Counted from the first letter of the stretch, positions 32,156 through 43,834 are shown. The stretch: 64,000 nucleotides of DNA from an uncultured Methanosarcinaceae archaeon (GCA_963733675.1 CAVTET010000004.1:256001-320000); one strand, 5' to 3'. The notes: generated from the sequence alone by a model not told the origin. Numbers and translations: made by a program.

Positions 32156-32187
32156 TCACAAATGCGATAATGCTGTCACAATTGTGA
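32156..32187. promoter_or_regulatory. Tandem operators TCACAAATGCGA and TCACAATTGTGA downstream of TATA box (upstream of metX)
   Basis: ATTTATA at 32143-32149 followed by a 2-mismatch and a perfect core site. Confidence 0.7.
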
Positions 32188-32401
32188 ATGTATGTGATAA
32201 TCGAATGTATACCAGAACGGCAGAGTGACTATACTCCCAGCGCAACTCGGAATTAAGTGAGTTAGGTTCCGCTTCTTATTCGAAAGAAAGCTGAAAAAGG
32301 GATAGAATAGAAGGATGGTACAAGATATCAGGATGCAAGGAACGTTGGAAGCCCTATGTAGTCTTGAATATCTATAAAATATTTTTAGAGGAACTTTGCC
32401 C

Positions 32402-32464
32402 ATGGGTCTGAATGATACTGAAAACATAAAGTTCAATATAGAACATGCACTTCCAGAGGTATGA
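32402..32464 (+). pseudogene. C-terminal remnant of O-acetylhomoserine sulfhydrylase (metY-like)
   Basis: GLNDTENIKFNIEHALPEV* overlapping metX start (ATGA); resembles GLEDxEDIxxDLEQAL. Confidence 0.55.
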
Positions 32465-33981
32465 ACATGGAAATTTCGGTCAAGGTTCCCTCCTTTAAAA
32501 ATTTCTTTTCGGGAAAAAAAGGCCAAAATTTAGGAATAGTTCGTTTAATGAACTACAAAATTCCTGGAATTTTAAGTCTGGAGAGTGGGAAAACTATTTC
32601 CAATGTCAGTATAGAATACGAAATTTATGGAAAGATGAATGTTGATAAGAGCAATGTCATCTTAATCTGCCACGCTTTAACAGGTGATGCCCATGCTGCA
32701 GGGTTTCATAAGGGAGATAAAAAGCCAGGCTGGTGGAACATAGTAATTGGCCCAAACAAAGGATTTGATACAGAGAAATACTGCATCATTTGTTCAAATA
32801 TATTGGGGGGCTGTAAGGGATCCACAGGTCCTTCTTCCATAGATCCTGAAACAGGGGAGCCCTATGGCATCTCATTTCCTGTAATTACTATAGCAGATAT
32901 TGTTAATGCCCAGAAGAAACTGGTCGAATATCTAGGAATAAGACAACTTTATGCAGTTGCAGGCGGTTCAATGGGCGGGATGCAGGTGCTTCAATGGACA
33001 GTGAGCTACCCTGAAATGGTAAAAAAGGCTATTTCAATAGCTACCACTGCATCCTCAACCCCACAACAAATTGCATTCGGAGCAATCGGAAGGAAAGCAA
33101 TAACTGATGACCCGAAATGGAACAGAGGAAATTATTACGGGAAAGAAATACCTGTACAAGGACTTGCACTTGCACGCATGGTAGGCCATATAACTTACCT
33201 AAGCGATGCTTCGATGCAAAAGAAGTTTGGAAGAGTTCAGCAGGATGAAGAAGGTATAGATCGCTCACCAAATTTTCAAGTAGGAAGCTACCTGAATCAT
33301 CAGGGAGACACCTTTACAAAGCGTTTTGACGCTAATTCATATCTCTATATTACAAAATGTGTGGATTTCTTTGACCTTTCAAAAAATGGGTCCCTAGTAG
33401 AAGGCTTTGCTGGAGTTACTGCAAAGTACCTTGTAATTTCCATAACTTCAGATTGGCTCTATCCTCCTTATCAAGCCCAAGAAATCGTATCTGCTCTTAC
33501 AGCAAATGGGGTTGATGCAAAATACGAAGAAATCAGGTCTCAATATGGTCATGATGCCTTCTTGCTTGAAGGAGGACAGATGAATTATCTAATAAGAAGT
33601 TTCCTATCACAGATTCTTGTAAGTGACGTCATGAATCAGAATCTGTATTCAGTTTCCAGAGATGAGACAATAGAAAATGCATCAATACTCATGGTAAAAA
33701 AGAAAGTAAACCATCTACCTGTCGTATCAGAAGATGGAAAACTTGAAGGTATTGTCACTTCCTGGGATATTACAAAAGCAGTTGCCTATAAAATAACTGA
33801 ATTGAATGAGATAATTACACGTGATGTCAGATACGTGCATGGAGACGATAAAATTGATACTGCATCGTCAATAATGGAAAATTATTCAATTTCTGCACTT
33901 CCAGTCATCGACATAGAAAATCACATAATAGGTATGGTTACAAGTGATAGCATAAGTGCTCTTATCGGAAAGTTCAGTTAA
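32461..33981 (+). CDS. metX: Homoserine O-acetyltransferase with C-terminal CBS pair
   Basis: CHALTGDAH, GGSMGGMQ, RFDANSY, GHDAFLLE; CBS domains. Confidence 0.95.
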   Translation: MNMEISVKVPSFKNFFSGKKGQNLGIVRLMNYKIPGILSLESGKTISNVSIEYEIYGKMNVDKSNVILICHALTGDAHAAGFHKGDKKPGWWNIVIGPNKGFDTEKYCIICSNILGGCKGSTGPSSIDPETGEPYGISFPVITIADIVNAQKKLVEYLGIRQLYAVAGGSMGGMQVLQWTVSYPEMVKKAISIATTASSTPQQIAFGAIGRKAITDDPKWNRGNYYGKEIPVQGLALARMVGHITYLSDASMQKKFGRVQQDEEGIDRSPNFQVGSYLNHQGDTFTKRFDANSYLYITKCVDFFDLSKNGSLVEGFAGVTAKYLVISITSDWLYPPYQAQEIVSALTANGVDAKYEEIRSQYGHDAFLLEGGQMNYLIRSFLSQILVSDVMNQNLYSVSRDETIENASILMVKKKVNHLPVVSEDGKLEGIVTSWDITKAVAYKITELNEIITRDVRYVHGDDKIDTASSIMENYSISALPVIDIENHIIGMVTSDSISALIGKFS

Positions 33982-34000
33982 CTCGGAAGGAGGGCTCAAA

Positions 34001-34521
34001 ATTAGAATTATTTTTGTCCACGTTGATTATGTACGGTACTATATCAAGACTAAAACAAAAGTAGCAGAGCCAATAGCTGTAAAAAAAGATTATATGGAAG
34101 AATGTGTCGTTCTTTTCTGCTGTGCTGAGAAAATCGATGAGGACAATCCACATAATATTGTTGAAAATGCCACTCTAGAAGTTATCAGGCGCCTCGAAAT
34201 GATAAAAACAAAAAAAGTTATGATTTATCGTATGCCCATTTTACAAACGATTTAGGCAACCCGGAAACTGCAGTTGAAATTTTAACTGGCCTTGAGAGTT
34301 CTTTAAAAGAGCGAGATATTGAAGTGAAAAGGGCTACTTTTGGTTGGTATAAGGAGCTAGAAATTAGGAGTAAAGGGCATCCTCTATCTAATCTTTCAAT
34401 AACCGTTTCCCCTGATGGAAAGCAAAAATCCGGTACCTTTTGCCCACCACACTCTAATCAAGTTGAAATTCATGATCAACCCATATCTCATTCTTGCAGA
34501 GTGAAATGTTATAATGCATAG
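34001..34521 (+). pseudogene. Free-standing archaeal threonyl-tRNA synthetase editing domain, frameshifted
   Basis: RIIFVHVDY...AE...VMIY/YAH...FGWYKELEIRSKGHPLS; apparent start is ATT, frameshift near 34230. Confidence 0.8.
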
Positions 34522-34618
34522 TAGCGCCCCAAAATAATTGAAAGAACTGAATGTTGTTGGGCATAATTTAGTCAATATGCTATTAAATGAAGATAATTAT
34601 CTTAATGGAGTAAGTACG

Positions 34619-34951
34619 ATGGAAAAAGCATATTGTAGAACATGTGATACAGATGCAGAGATTCATAAGATGGAAGAAATACGCCCTGAACATAACATAG
34701 AAAAAATAAAAAATAAAAGAAAAAGTCCTATTCTTGCAGCTTTATTATCTTGCATAATTCCAGGGCTCGGCCAGGTCTATGCAGGTGATATATTTCGAGG
34801 ACTTGCAATAATTGCTGCATTGGGTTTTAGCTTTTGCCTGATGGCTCTCATTATTGGATTTTTCACATTTTTTGGTATCTGGATATTTGCAGTAGCTGAT
34901 GCATACAATATGGTAAGAAAACAAAACGATGAAATAAGGTCGCATCTCTGA
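34619..34951 (+). CDS. Small membrane protein (KSPILAALLS..PGLGQVY, TM2-like)
   Basis: Motif and hydrophobic helices; GGAG RBS. Confidence 0.8.
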   Translation: MEKAYCRTCDTDAEIHKMEEIRPEHNIEKIKNKRKSPILAALLSCIIPGLGQVYAGDIFRGLAIIAALGFSFCLMALIIGFFTFFGIWIFAVADAYNMVRKQNDEIRSHL

Positions 34952-35075
34952 GTCATTGATCAAACGAAATTCTAAAATTCTGGAGTGAGTTATATATTTT
35001 TATTTGTTTGTGCTTGTTATTCGAAGAATATTATATTCACTTTGGAACCTGGTCCTTAAAGTAGGTTAATGTTTT

Positions 35076-36035
35076 ATGATACAACAAATAAAAAACAAAA
35101 TATTAAATGGATTTCAAATTAATAAAGAAGATGCGATGCAATTGATTAGTGCTGATTTAGATCAATTGAGCACAGCTTCCAACGAATTGCGTCAACATTT
35201 CTGTGGCAATGCCTTTGACATTTGTACAATTATTAATGGAAAGAATGGGAAATGTTCGGAGGACTGCAAATTTTGTGCACAGTCAGCTCATTATCAGGTT
35301 TCCATAGAGGAACATCCTCTTTTGGACTGTAAAAACTTATTGAAAGAAGCAATTTACAACCGTGACAAAGGTATTTTGAGATATTCTGTGGTGACATCAG
35401 GGAAGAATCTGGTTGAGGATGAACTAGAAAGCGTTTGTAACAGTTACAGTAAAATCAGAAAAAATTGTGATATTTCTTTATGTGCATCCCATGGGTTATT
35501 GTCTATAGAAAAGTTATTAAAACTGAAAAATGTTGGAGTACAAAGATATCATAACAATTTGGAAACTTCACGCAGAAATTTTCCTAACATCTGCACAACT
35601 CATACCTATGACGATAAAATAAATACTATAAAAGCAGCACAAAAAGCAGGACTTGAAGTATGCAGCGGTGGCATTATAGGACTTGGCGAAACAATGGAAG
35701 ATCGCATTGATATGGCTTTGGATATTCGAGGATTAGGTATCAAATCTGTCCCTGTTAATATTTTAAGTCCAATCCCCGAAACACCCTATGGGAAACTCCC
35801 TGTGCTGACAGCTGATGAAGTGCGTAAAACAGTGGCAATCTTTCGCTTTATCTTACCAGATGCTGCTATTCGATTGGCGGGGGGCAGAAACCTTCTAGCA
35901 GATAAAGGCAGGTCCCTCTTTATTTCAGGTGCTAATGCTGCTATATCCGGAGATATGCTGACAACTTCAGGAATCATCATTAGTGATGATATGAGAATGA
36001 TTCAAGAGCTTAAATTTGAGGTGAAGATGCTGTGA
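35076..36035 (+). CDS. bioB: Biotin synthase
   Basis: CSEDCKFCAQS, YHNNLETS, CSGGIIGLGE, IRLAGGR. Confidence 0.96.
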   Translation: MIQQIKNKILNGFQINKEDAMQLISADLDQLSTASNELRQHFCGNAFDICTIINGKNGKCSEDCKFCAQSAHYQVSIEEHPLLDCKNLLKEAIYNRDKGILRYSVVTSGKNLVEDELESVCNSYSKIRKNCDISLCASHGLLSIEKLLKLKNVGVQRYHNNLETSRRNFPNICTTHTYDDKINTIKAAQKAGLEVCSGGIIGLGETMEDRIDMALDIRGLGIKSVPVNILSPIPETPYGKLPVLTADEVRKTVAIFRFILPDAAIRLAGGRNLLADKGRSLFISGANAAISGDMLTTSGIIISDDMRMIQELKFEVKML

Positions 36036-36250
36036 GAGAAGAGTTATTTCTCATTGCCACAAGTACAGATGTTGAGAAAACAGTTACCTTAGGACTGATT
36101 GTGAAAAAGTTTCGTGGAAATGAATTGAACGCAAGATATTATAAAACGGCTTTGAACGGCACAGAAAATACAAAATAAAAGCTGGATGTGAGCTATGCAA
36201 AGAATATCTGCGAAGTTTTGGAGATTACTTATAATCCTAAAACTTGACCT
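36032..36250 (+). pseudogene. bioD: Dethiobiotin synthase N-terminal remnant
   Basis: LFLIATSTDVEKTVTLGLIVKKFR...YYKTALNG then stop; degenerate GTxTDVGKT P-loop. Confidence 0.75.
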
Positions 36251-36559
36251 TCCGTCATTAAGCGCTTGATGTTTTTATAATTAAGTTTCCAGTTAAATGA
36301 ATGCTTGCGATTTCATGCGCAGAACAAATTTGCTATAGCTGAGTCACTTAAATGCAAACGACATCGCAAATGTACAAACATATAGAATTTGTTTGCTTAT
36401 TTGTTCACTATTATCTATGCACGCTAGATTAATTTTAAGCTACTGCCATATACTAAAAAAAGATGGCATTTTTGTGTATATCTGTGAAAATTTAGATGAG
36501 CGAGATCATAGGACGAAAAATGAAAATTGACTCAAATGTGATAATCCAAATTACTGACC

Positions 36560-36588
36560 TAAATTAAATTAAATTAAATTAAATTAAA
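36560..36588. repeat. (AAATT)n microsatellite, ~5.5 units
   Basis: Seen directly. Confidence 0.8.
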
Positions 36589-36884
36589 AATAAGATAATA
36601 AGATTGATGGGAAAAAATTGTGAAAAATACTATTTTTGAGGAAAGATCTGCAGAAAATCTATTCTAGAATTAGGATATCTCTCCAAGACCTCTCACGAAT
36701 AATCTAATAAAAATTGTTTGTTTTGCCCAAAATTCATTTCTATAAGCAGCTTTTTATGGACAATTCCTGTGTTTTTTAGACAAACTGATGGATGTAACAA
36801 AGTTTACTTAATTAGCATTTTCGAGTGCTACAGGTCAATCTTGGACATATTCTTTTATAATTTAAGTAATGAGGATAATTCAGT

Positions 36885-38124
36885 ATGGCACCAATAGATA
36901 TGGTAATATTTTTCCTTGAGATCTCTGTGATGCTTTTCATAGCACTCTTGTGCGGTCATGTAATGAGTAGTCTTCGTTTTCCTGCGGTCCTGGGCGAGCT
37001 TTTTGGCGGCATCATTCTCGGTCCGACGGTTTTTGGATGGCTTAGTCCAAGTACTTATCGATGGTTATTTCCAGCATCTGGTGCTATTTTTGAGGGCAGA
37101 GATGCACTAATCCAAATTTGCATCCTTTTCTTTTTATTCATTGCAGGTCTGCAAATGAACCTGAAGCTCGTTAGGAACAGCGGCATTCGCATAGCATGGG
37201 TTATCTTAATGGGCATATTGCTACCGTTTACACTTGGCTTCGGTATCATCTTCATGTTTTCGAATATGTGGGAGGGGTATTTTAAGGGCGAAACATTTTT
37301 TTCGCGATGTTTATGGGAACAGCATTGTCGATATCAGCTCTCCCGGTTATTGCTAGAACTCTCATGGACCTAGACTTGCTGAATACAGATATGGGGATGA
37401 TAATTATTGGGGCAGCAACAGTAAATGATCTGGTAGGATGGTCTTTATTTGCTTTTATTCTGAGCAATTTCGCGTCTAATAGTATCATTAATATTTCTCC
37501 TTACATGAATTTCATTCTAGTGCTTTTGCTGTTTGTTTTCATGCTCACTATAGGTCGGGTTCTGGCTCAGATAGCTCTTACCTGGCTCAAGTCACATATG
37601 CCCTGGCCAGGGGCCTTCCTTGGGATAATGACAATCCTTATATTGTTGACTTCGGCTTGTGCTGAAGCTATCGGGATACATGCTGTTTTTGGCGCTTTTT
37701 TGGTAGTCTTGCATTCTCCCAGATCCTAGAGAAACGGGATGAGGCACATGAGATAGTCTATCAGTTCGTCATATATTTTTTTGCCCCACTCTACTTTGTT
37801 TCAATTGGTCTACAGGTTAATTTCGTGGCATCTTTTGACCCGATTCTTGTGCTGATAGTTCTTTTAGTTGCATGTATAGGTAATGTGCTCGGTGTGATGC
37901 TTGGCTTTCGTGTGAGCAAGATGCCATTGCGGCAGTCTGCAGTAATAGGTTTTGCTTTGAACTCAAGAGGAGCAATGGAGATGATATTAGCTACTGTTGC
38001 CAGGAATGTGGGACTGATCAATGACCGCTTGTTTGTGGCTTTGGTTGTCATGGCACTGGTTACATCCATTCTAAGCGGCCTGATAATTAAAACATTGAAT
38101 GCTTTTGATCTTTCTATGGCTTAA
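36885..38124 (+). pseudogene. Cation:proton antiporter (CPA2/KefB-like), split in three frames
   Basis: PAVLGELFGGIILGP; SISALPVIARTLMD; IHAVFGAF; NSRGAME. Confidence 0.88.
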
Positions 38125-38452
38125 ACACTATAAAATTTCTCGATAATATATTCATGTTTTTCATTTTTGGTTTTAGTTTGCTTTGATTTTGGACTATCAA
38201 GGGCCTCAAAGACAACAAATGACAGCAATCTTTTGGGATGAAGCTTCTATTCCATTAATATTCATAATGTAAACATAAACAGTATACTAAAACATGTAAA
38301 GAAGTTTTATTCTATTAAAAAATAAGAAATGGATAAATTTTTAGAAATTTATTAATTGAGACTGTAATCTCAAAAAATTGGGTTTCTGATTCAGTTTATC
38401 CACATTTTTAATTTTGGTTAGAGCACTAGATATTTATTTTTCTCTTGTTTTT

Positions 38453-38612
38453 TTATTTATGATGGTTTTTTGGGTCAATTAGTTCCAAGTGTTCCATGAG
38501 CTCCAGATGTTCTAGGAGTTTCATAGGCTCTAGGAGTCATAAATCAGTAACCTTTTCTTATTTCGTATGGAACTTAGAAAATTCAAAGATTTTAGCACAA
38601 AACTTATGCATT
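38453..38612. repeat. Dispersed ~160-bp GTTCCANNN element, copy 2
   Basis: Homologous to 18389-18548. Confidence 0.85.
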
Positions 38613-38735
38613 ATTAATATAGATCAAATAGGTTTTATGTGATTGAACTGAGAATCAGCATAATTATATCTAACATTATATTGAATTTTAGATTGTATGG
38701 TAATTAATTATTATCAAAACATGCAAGGAATATAA

Positions 38736-39575
38736 ATGAAAATCAAGGGCTACTTAGTTTATTTTGTGATTTCAGCATTGGTTCTAATTTCCGGATGCAT
38801 GAAAACCCCTAATCAGCTATCAAGAGAAATTAATAGCAACGATAATTCAACTTTGGCTTCAATGTCTGGAAGTAATACTCTTTATCAGGTTTCCACAATC
38901 GATGCTCTTCTTCAAGGAGTTTATGATGGGATTCTTCCTATTGGCAAACTTAAAACTCACGGGGATTTTGGTCTAGGAACTCTTGATGGACTTGATGGAG
39001 AAATGATGGCTCTTGATAGTAATTATTATCAGTTCAAAACAGATGGAATTGCATACCCAATTTCTGACAAAATGACCACTCCATTTGCTACAGTCACCAA
39101 TTTTAAAGCAGATAAAAATTACAGTCTTGAAAAACCTATGAACATGACAGAGCTTGAGCATTATCTGGATTTGAACTTGCCTTCAGAAAATTTTTTTTAT
39201 GCTATTAGAGTTGATGGAAACTTCTCATACCTGAAAGCTCGAAGTGTACCCAAGCAAAACAAACCATATCCCAAGCTTGTGGATGTAGTGTCCAATCAAA
39301 CTATTTTTGAGTTTAAAAATGTGAGTGGCACACTGGTAGGATTCAGAACTCCGGATTATATGAATGATGTTAATGTTGCAGGGTATCATCTTCATTTTGC
39401 CACCACAGACAGGAGTTCAGATGGACATGTCATTAATTAAAAGTTGAGAATGGAACTGTTGCTCTCGACACAATAACAACTTTTATCATAGAATTTCCCA
39501 CCAGCGGCAATTTTTCAAAAGTAAAATTAGGGCAGGACTTGAAAACTGAAATAGATATTGTTGAAAAAAATAATT
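38736..39575 (+). pseudogene. budA: Alpha-acetolactate decarboxylase, lipoprotein-like N-terminus, frameshift near 39440
   Basis: YQVSTIDALLQGVYDG, GDFGLGT, GYHLHF, GHV; C-terminus continues in another frame. Confidence 0.85.
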
Positions 39576-39873
39576 TAAGACCAAGTACTCAAAATATTTC
39601 GGTAGCAACTATTCAATGAGTTTGATTTTAAATTAAAAATTGAACACCAATTCTATAAAATTTTTGATGTTGAGCAGTTGATAGACTGAGAGATAGTTTA
39701 AGATCAACGTTTTAATGGAGAAATTTTCCCATAAAAGATAACAAAATTCGAGACATTTTTTCATTACTTATTGTGAATTTGTGCTGAAAGGATCGGTAAA
39801 TACAACCGAGTACTGAAAATATTAAGTCCGAAGTTCATTGAATAATGCTACATTAAGAGAAGATCACTAAATT

Positions 39874-40161
39874 TTGATAAATCTCTTGGATTTATTGGGC
39901 GGTAGAAATCGTACATGGCATTTTCAGCAAGATGTTTCAGGATTTCTTGGTTTCACTGATGCGGAGATTTTGATACAAAAACTATGCATATATGAGATAG
40001 GAGAGAATCCAATCAAAGTCATTGATCCCGTAATTCTACCCAAAGTTGTCCATGCATCATGTGGGAAAGTTATTCGAGCTGAACTTATCATTTATCTCCA
40101 TGAATGGGGTAGGATCCATCATTCTCGTACATTCCCACAGATTGAAGGTCCGAATTTTTAA
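39874..40161 (+). CDS. Hypothetical protein or gene fragment
   Basis: 95-aa ORF only, no motif recognised. Confidence 0.3.
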   Translation: MINLLDLLGGRNRTWHFQQDVSGFLGFTDAEILIQKLCIYEIGENPIKVIDPVILPKVVHASCGKVIRAELIIYLHEWGRIHHSRTFPQIEGPNF

Positions 40162-40293
40162 TATCTTAAGACTCTTAATTTGTTTTTCTCTTAGGCGAGA
40201 AAATGTTTAGATATCAATAGGTTTTTCAGATTAACTATTGTTTACAAAATCGTAGTGAGCTACTTGGAAAGGTAAAATTGAATAACTGAATAG

Positions 40294-41146
40294 GGTTCCG
40301 TTGCAAAAAATCCTTTCTAATGATACAATAGAATAAAAAAAACCAAAGATAGTAACATGCTATCTAATTCCTTTAAATGGAAGCATTATGAAGGGGAAAT
40401 TATCTTATTGAATGTAAGATGGTACTTAAAATATGCATTAAGTTATAGAAATTTAAAGGAAATGATGGCAGAAAGGGGAGTAAAAGTCGACCATACAACA
40501 ATCATGAGATGAGTACATCAATATTCCCCTGAAATAGAAAAGAAGATAAGAAGACATTTAAGACCAACAAATGATTCGTGGAGAGTTGATGAAACCTATA
40601 TCAAAGTAAAAGGTAAATGGAAATATTTTTACCGAGCAGTTGACTCAAATGGAGATACAATTGATTTCATGTTAAGTTCAAAACGAGATAGAAAGGCAGC
40701 GAAGAGATTCTTTAAGAAAGCTTTAAGTTCTAATCATAATCAAATTCCAAGATTAATAACCGTTGATAAGAATCCAGCTTATCCACCTGCTATAGATAAA
40801 CTAAAAATTGATAAAATACTACCTAAAAACGTAGGCATTCGACAAATCAAGTATTTGAATAACATTATAGAACAAGATCACAGATCTATAAAGAGAATCG
40901 TTAATCCAATGTTAGGATTTCAGTCTTTTCGATCTGCTAATAAGACTTTAAAAGGAATTGAAGCTATAAATATGATCAAAAAAGGACAAGTAATCGATTT
41001 AAATTACTCTGTTCTTAATGAAGTCAAATACATTAATCACTTGTTTGGTATAGCTTTATAATGTTAGTACATTTTCCTTGAATGTTTTGATTTTTATTAA
41101 TCACGTATAGATTTACATATTTTGTTGAAGTTTTTGCAACGGAACC
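40294..41146 (+). mobile_element. IS6-family element, transposase with TGG>TGA nonsense near 40510
   Basis: Both TIRs; near identical to other copies. Confidence 0.95.
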
Positions 41147-41255
41147 ATTTCCCCTTCATAATGCTTCCATTTAAAGGAATTAGATAGCATGTTACTATCT
41201 TTGGTTTTCTTTTTATTCTATTGTATCATTAGAAAGGATTTTTTGCAACGGAACC
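41147..41255 (-). mobile_element. IS6 left-end fragment, inverted
   Basis: Reverse complement of the first ~109 bp of the IS, ending in TIR. Confidence 0.9.
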
Positions 41256-41989
41256 GAAAATTGTAAATTCCCATAAGCTACGGAATGATAGAGTTATCAA
41301 AAAATAGATGAACATAGTAAAACATGATCAAATCTTGAACAGTATATTCTTTCTCTATCAGTTGGCTATACACTTGAAAGAACTCAAAAGAAGAAGTTAA
41401 AAAAGTAAATGGGCATAGGTTTTTTGAGATTACAGAGTGGTGGTAACATTAATTGGAAAAATAAACGAAGTTATCTCAGATGTCCTATAAGATAACATTA
41501 CTTATTATTATATAAACAAATGTTAATAACGATAAATTATTGTATTTTTGAGAAGTACTGTGAATAAATGTAAATAATAAGGATTACTCCATTTAAAGTC
41601 AAGATTGCTCATTACATAATTGTCAAAATTGATTTAATTTTAAGCTCTCTGACTTCACAGGAATGCATTAGAGATATAAACTCAATCCTTAACAAGACAA
41701 CGTTCATAACTGACGCGCTATGAGCATCAGCTACGTATAAAAAATAGATCTTATAAGTTGTGGGTAAGATACATATACATCAAAGAGTTCCTTGACGATT
41801 TTTCGCTCTCAGACACGTAATCAAGCTAAGACATCTTTTTTGGGATCTAGGCCATAGCGCATTTCTGAATCCTAATATATTGATTGAACACGAATGGATA
41901 TATACTTTTCACATATTTATTACATAGTAATAATACTAACTGAATAAACTCTGATTAACTAATCCTAATCCCACGGATCAATAAAGCTA

Positions 41990-42135
41990 TCTTTTTGGTT
42001 AATTAGTTCCAGGTGTTCCATGAGTTCCATATGCTTTATAAGTCCCAGAAGCTCCATGAGCACTAGATTAATACCCTTTTCTTATTTCGTGTGGAACTTA
42101 GGAAATTAAGAAATTTTGGTTCAAAAACTATGCAT
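41990..42135. repeat. Dispersed GTTCCANNN element, copy 3
   Basis: Homologous to copies 1 and 2. Confidence 0.85.
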
Positions 42136-42248
42136 CAATAAAACAATAGAGACATAACAATTGGCTCAGAATTCTACTTTTTTGCAATAAAAGAAAAAAG
42201 AATACAGAGATAATTCGATTTAACAGAATTTTGTGTATATTGCCAAAA

Positions 42249-42578
42249 TTAATGTGTGTAATTAATAATTTTTAAGGTATCACCAAGTTTCCTGACGATG
42301 GAGTCTTTCATTGCTTGTGCAAGGACACGGGAAACCTATAGGTGTACCCTTAAATATGCAAGAGGCTAATACGATTGTGTCAGACCCCAGTTTTATCATT
42401 TTTATCACTCTTGTTACAGCTTTTTTACCTAGGCAGCCACCACACGTATTGATACCAATTACTTCAATATCTTCTGTAATCCAGTCAAATGCTAGTTTCT
42501 TTTCTTTCATCACTTTAAAACAAGCAGTACAGGGCACATATCTTCTGTTTGAATGCATCTGATTAAACCAGCTTTCAT
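42249..42578 (-). pseudogene. CGGC-domain protein, frameshifted
   Basis: MKAGLIRCIQTEDMC/TACF...TCGGCLGK...LASC...FPCP/...IINYTH. Confidence 0.85.
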
Positions 42579-43252
42579 AAGATATTCTCTTTACTTTTTT
42601 CGCAAATATCAATCGTTTTTTGTTCTGCAGACAATACTTTTATGTAATAAAGAATTATTTTTTTGTATTTATCGGGGAGCCTTATAGACACAAGTGAACC
42701 TGCATATGATAACTATTTCCCGAGATTTTGCGTTTGTTCCTTTGTTAGCTTGCATGAGAACAAAACGTAACGATAAGAACCTGTCTAATAGCTACATTTT
42801 TATTCTAAAATGTAGCTATTCAGTTAAACAGATTAGCGAACTTTAAGTATTTTTCGATATCTGAAACTTCCGAAGAACTGCAGAAAACCGGAACCATTTT
42901 GCAGGAATAGAATACGCTTTAATAAAGTCATCACGAATGATTTGTAGAAAAAATAAAACAGTTGATCAGTTTTGACTATGTTAAAAACTCATATAAAGCG
43001 CGAATTTCTCAGATAGCTGAGAAAAGGAAACCAGAGGGGACTATTTAGCCTATCAAAAATAAGTTGGTAGGTATCTACTTTTGATGCAATAGGTACTTAT
43101 GAGTACTAAAATGATTGGAAAATAAAGAAAATAATCAATATTCGACAGTTGGATAAAATCAGCCTACAGAAATTTGCTCATTGAATCCTCGTAAATATGG
43201 ATACTAATAGTTTTTTCCGGGCTAATAGTTCTCAAAAAGGATCAATTTGAAT

Positions 43253-43834
43253 TTACATAAATCGTTCAAATCTTTCTTTTCTTGCTTTGCAGATCGGACA
43301 GACCTCTGGAGGTTCATCCATAGCACATAGATATCCACAAACCTTACATCTCCATACTGGTTTTGAGAGCTTTCCTGAAAGTTCCATACTTTCTATCATC
43401 TCGGTTCTCTTGATTTCTTCGGCTATTGCGGCCTCTCTCTGCTCGTGAGAAGGACGCCTTTCCACAATGGGCTCCAATTTTCTTTCTCCTCGAATAACTT
43501 TCTCTGAAACATAAAGTGCACAGTAACAGGTTCCGTAATCGTTTAGATCGGGATCTCTGTAATAGCAGGGACAGATTATATCTAGATCCTCTTCTTTGTT
43601 ATTAGCAGAAAGCCTGCACGGGCAAGACCAGTAACCATAACGTCTTTCATTGGCCAACAGTCCCTTCACAAGATCCTTTGTAAACTCAACGTCAGGATTG
43701 AGATGATAACCCGATTTTTCAACCTCGTTATTCAAACGTCTATAGACCCTGTCCACTTCTTCTCCAGTGATACCTTCTTCTGTAGCTTCTTTTTCCCTCA
43801 ACCCAACTACTCCTCTAAAAGCCAAAAGCTTCAC
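43253..43834 (-). CDS. Ferredoxin:disulfide (thioredoxin) reductase catalytic subunit with C-terminal rubredoxin (start uncertain)
   Basis: CPCR, CPC, CYC motifs; WRCKVCGY...CPIC. Confidence 0.92.
   Translation of the reverse strand: MKLLAFRGVVGLREKEATEEGITGEEVDRVYRRLNNEVEKSGYHLNPDVEFTKDLVKGLLANERRYGYWSCPCRLSANNKEEDLDIICPCYYRDPDLNDYGTCYCALYVSEKVIRGERKLEPIVERRPSHEQREAAIAEEIKRTEMIESMELSGKLSKPVWRCKVCGYLCAMDEPPEVCPICKARKERFERFM

Noticed and set aside
36560-36588. (AAATT)n tract as phase-variation switch
   Set aside because: Intergenic, ~300 bp from a pseudogene; no evidence of function
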